In this document: positions 61,918-64,000 of the stretch, in pieces
Numbering within the stretch: the stretch's first letter is position 1
Layout: the number at the start of each line of letters is the position of its first letter
From: Candidatus Binatia bacterium
GTDB lineage: Bacteria; Desulfobacterota; Binatia; UBA9968; CAXXLF01
Direction: 5' to 3'
Assembly: GCA_963664015.2 (NCBI GenBank)
Contig: CAXXLF010000001.1
Coordinates: 896,001-960,000, forward strand
Length of the DNA stretch: 64,000 nucleotides
The notes under the pieces: model-generated
Seen by the model: the letters and a program-made list of their open reading frames with translations, nothing else
Database searches by the model: none
What the model was told of the DNA's origin: nothing
Made by a program: the position numbers and the translations under genes

Positions 61918-62124
61918 ACAAATTATTGCTCTATCTCAATGGTTCAACTCGTCAGGTCGGCACCTTCTAGTTACTTGAAAAATCGAACATTTCCATATAG
62001 CGAGGAAAAATGCAAGAGTCAGCGGGCTATTAAATGCAGCCACCCCGCTTCTGCATCCTACTATCTTCCTATGATCGGACATCCCATGCTCGCATGAGAT
62101 CGTCAAGTGAGCCGGATTCGAAAC

Positions 62125-63225
62125 TCACCGCCGTTTCCGCCAGGCTTTTTTAACGAGTTCATTGATCGAGCCCATGTCTTTAAACCCAGGGCCGGCCAAT
62201 ACCAGGTAGTCGACTCCGTCCCTCCGCCTGACACGGGACGGGACCTTATCCTTGGGAATATCAATTCTCAACGAGTCCTTATCGTAGCCATACCTTTGGT
62301 AGGCCTGTTGCCCTTCTCTGGAAAGCAACCAGTTAATCGCCACCTTGGCCGCATTGGGATGGGGAGCCCGATCGAAGAAGGCGACGTTGCCATTGCTCGT
62401 GCTCAGAGGTCCCCCCTCCTTGAAGGCCGAGGAATCAAAGGTATCAACAGGAAGGCCCTGCTCCCTGGCCGTGTAGATACCGGCCCGGTTGGGACCGACA
62501 AGGGCGGCCAGCGGATACCTCCCTACGGCCAACCAGTCGACCAGCTGGCGGCTATTGCGGGTTGCTTTGAGGTCCATTTCTTTCAGAATGCGATTGATAA
62601 ATTTGAGGCCGAGTTTGGGATTGTGATAAAGAAACATCAAGACCCCGCTCACGGCTCCTCCCATAGTGGGATCGTAGGAAACGATCTTCCCTTTCCATTT
62701 AGGATCGAGGAAATCCCAATATGAACTGAACCCTTTTGGACTGACAAGCTCCGTATTATAAGAAAAATACGTTTGAGCGTTGCCGTTGAAGGCCAGAATG
62801 AAGCTCTGCTCATCGTCGTGATAGACGTGCTTCCCCCCCCACCATTTAGATTTGTCCAGAACTTCGGGGAGAACGAGCAGAGGTTTCAGTGGGCTCAACA
62901 CCTTTCCCGCGTAAAAGATGTTATATACCGTGCCGGAGCCGCCGATATAGATGTCGGCCAGGAATTTGCCGGCTCTTCGTTCGGCCATAGCCCGCTGGGC
63001 GACCTGACTCCCCCGGCCGGTAACGGTGATTACTTTTATATCCGGAAATTTTTCCTGAAATTCCTGGAAAACCTCGTAATAGACGTCGCTAACGTAAAGG
63101 GCCACTTGGCCCTCCCGCTTGGCCGCCATTAGGGTCTCGTCCCAATCGGCCTGCCCACTAGCACATTCCGAGAAGGCGCCGAAAAGGGCCCAGCACAGGA
63201 CCCCGAGCATACACAAAAATCGCAT
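62125..63225 (-). CDS. ABC transporter solute-binding protein (FbpA/thiamine-like cluster)
   Basis: Signal peptide, AAKREG, AERRAG, LDPKWKGKI, APHPNAAK..INWLLSREGQ. Confidence 0.88.
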   Translation of the reverse strand: MRFLCMLGVLCWALFGAFSECASGQADWDETLMAAKREGQVALYVSDVYYEVFQEFQEKFPDIKVITVTGRGSQVAQRAMAERRAGKFLADIYIGGSGTVYNIFYAGKVLSPLKPLLVLPEVLDKSKWWGGKHVYHDDEQSFILAFNGNAQTYFSYNTELVSPKGFSSYWDFLDPKWKGKIVSYDPTMGGAVSGVLMFLYHNPKLGLKFINRILKEMDLKATRNSRQLVDWLAVGRYPLAALVGPNRAGIYTAREQGLPVDTFDSSAFKEGGPLSTSNGNVAFFDRAPHPNAAKVAINWLLSREGQQAYQRYGYDKDSLRIDIPKDKVPSRVRRRDGVDYLVLAGPGFKDMGSINELVKKAWRKRR

Positions 63226-63226
63226 A

Positions 63227-63636
63227 CTAAACCTCCCTTGGTTTAAACTTGGCCAATGAAATTGCATCGGTTACTTTTTCGAAAAACACTCGTACAGGCA
63301 TTCCGATCTTAACCCGCTCGACCGGGACACCCGCCACGTTACTCACGAGATGAGGGCCTTCGGCCAATTCGATGATGGCCACCACATAGGTGACCTCCAA
63401 CACCACGCCCCTCAAGGGCTTATGCACAATGACATAGCTATATACCGTCCACCACCATCGGTAGCCACCCACTCGTGGTCCGCCGAATGGCAGACATGAC
63501 AGATGGGGCTCGGCGGATGTCGACATTCATGGCATGAGGAACACCGTTGAAGCAATAGCTCACCACGGGCACACCCCTGCCAGAAGGGTTCCGTATCCGG
63601 GTAGGAAATAGGGAGAGGTTGAGCTGTCTTTTCCAC
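63227..63636 (-). pseudogene. DUF35 (zinc ribbon + OB fold, ChsH2-like) protein, frameshifted
   Basis: PFWQGC...LQRCSSC...PPSPICHVC in one frame and TVYSYVIVH...YVVAIIELAEGP...IGMPVRV in another; an apparent 1-nt loss at 63448/63449. Confidence 0.8.
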
Positions 63637-63652
63637 AGAGTCAAGCCGGGAT

Positions 63653-63759
63653 TTAATTGGTATTGGACGCCAACAGAAGCGTGGCATGGATGCTGAGCTG
63701 GCCGCACTGCCCGCTCACCGCGGCGATTTCATGGCGTATCGCCCCCGAATACTTCCCAT
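63653..63759 (-). pseudogene. Thiolase-like (SCP-x type) gene remnant with a large internal deletion
   Basis: MGSIRGRYA start joined out of frame to EIAAVSGQCGQLSIHATLLLA*; lies directly upstream of DUF35. Confidence 0.55.
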
Positions 63760-63798
63760 GATTCACTCCAACTGCTGGCCTAAGGACCGACGACAGTC

Positions 63799-64000
63799 TT
63801 ACAGCGCGCCCCCTTCCACCAACTCCTGGATGTCGGCTTCTTTGTACCCAAGTTCGGCTAAGATCTTGGCATTCTGCTGCCCCAGAGACGGCGCAGGGTT
63901 TAGCTTGTTTCCCCACAGGCTGCCGATGGCGCCCAAGGGGAACAAAATGCGGCCGAAGTCCGGGTGATCCGTTTCGGAGAGGAAACCGCGCGCCTTGAGC
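63799..64000 (-). CDS. CaiB/BaiF (family III) CoA-transferase, C-terminal part; absent from ORF track
   Basis: Manual translation LKARGFLSETDHPDFGRILFP...APSLGQQNAKILAELGYKEADIQELVEGGAL*. Confidence 0.82.
   Translation of the reverse strand, partial: LKARGFLSETDHPDFGRILFPLGAIGSLWGNKLNPAPSLGQQNAKILAELGYKEADIQELVEGGAL

Noticed and set aside
62107-62724. 205-aa plus-strand ORF
   Set aside because: Antisense shadow of the solute-binding protein.
1-64000. tRNA (including tRNA-Sec), rRNA, CRISPR array, transposase or integrase
   Set aside because: None recognised by eye in the intergenic regions or ORFs; tRNAscan-SE and cmscan would be needed to exclude them firmly.

Overview
Core-genome window from a Gram-negative bacterium; gene style suggests a deltaproteobacterium-like lineage such as Candidatus Binatia (inference only). 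Left to right: a partial UbiD decarboxylase; rfaE2-rpmB converging on yicC-gmk-rel; a ~25 kb minus-strand envelope cluster (lysS, lolCE/D, bamA, skp, lpxD, fabZ, lpxA, lpxI, gnnA-like, lpxB, msbA, waaA, lpxK, gmhB, Trm112-like, heptosyltransferases, Kdo/LPS kinases, glycosyltransferases, rfaE1); an Rrf2-headed SUF operon whose first gene is an orphan nuoB; def, aspS, hisS; a small accessory patch; a comEC pseudogene; uvrC, uvrB; an aromatic-catabolism-like operon (dehydrogenase, Rieske oxygenase, two decarboxylase types, HAD); a cupin; an ABC transporter; and a decayed CoA-transferase/thiolase/DUF35 operon. The strongest hidden signal is an iodothyronine-deiodinase-like selenoprotein, split into two ORFs in the track, with an in-frame TGA at 44510-44512 and a SECIS-like hairpin, coupled to an Arg-less Rid protein. 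The second is the stand-alone NuoB in the SUF operon, which shares a 17-bp operator-like motif with the Rrf2 promoter. I saw no rRNA, tRNA, CRISPR array or transposase. All calls come from reading motifs by eye; no searches were run.
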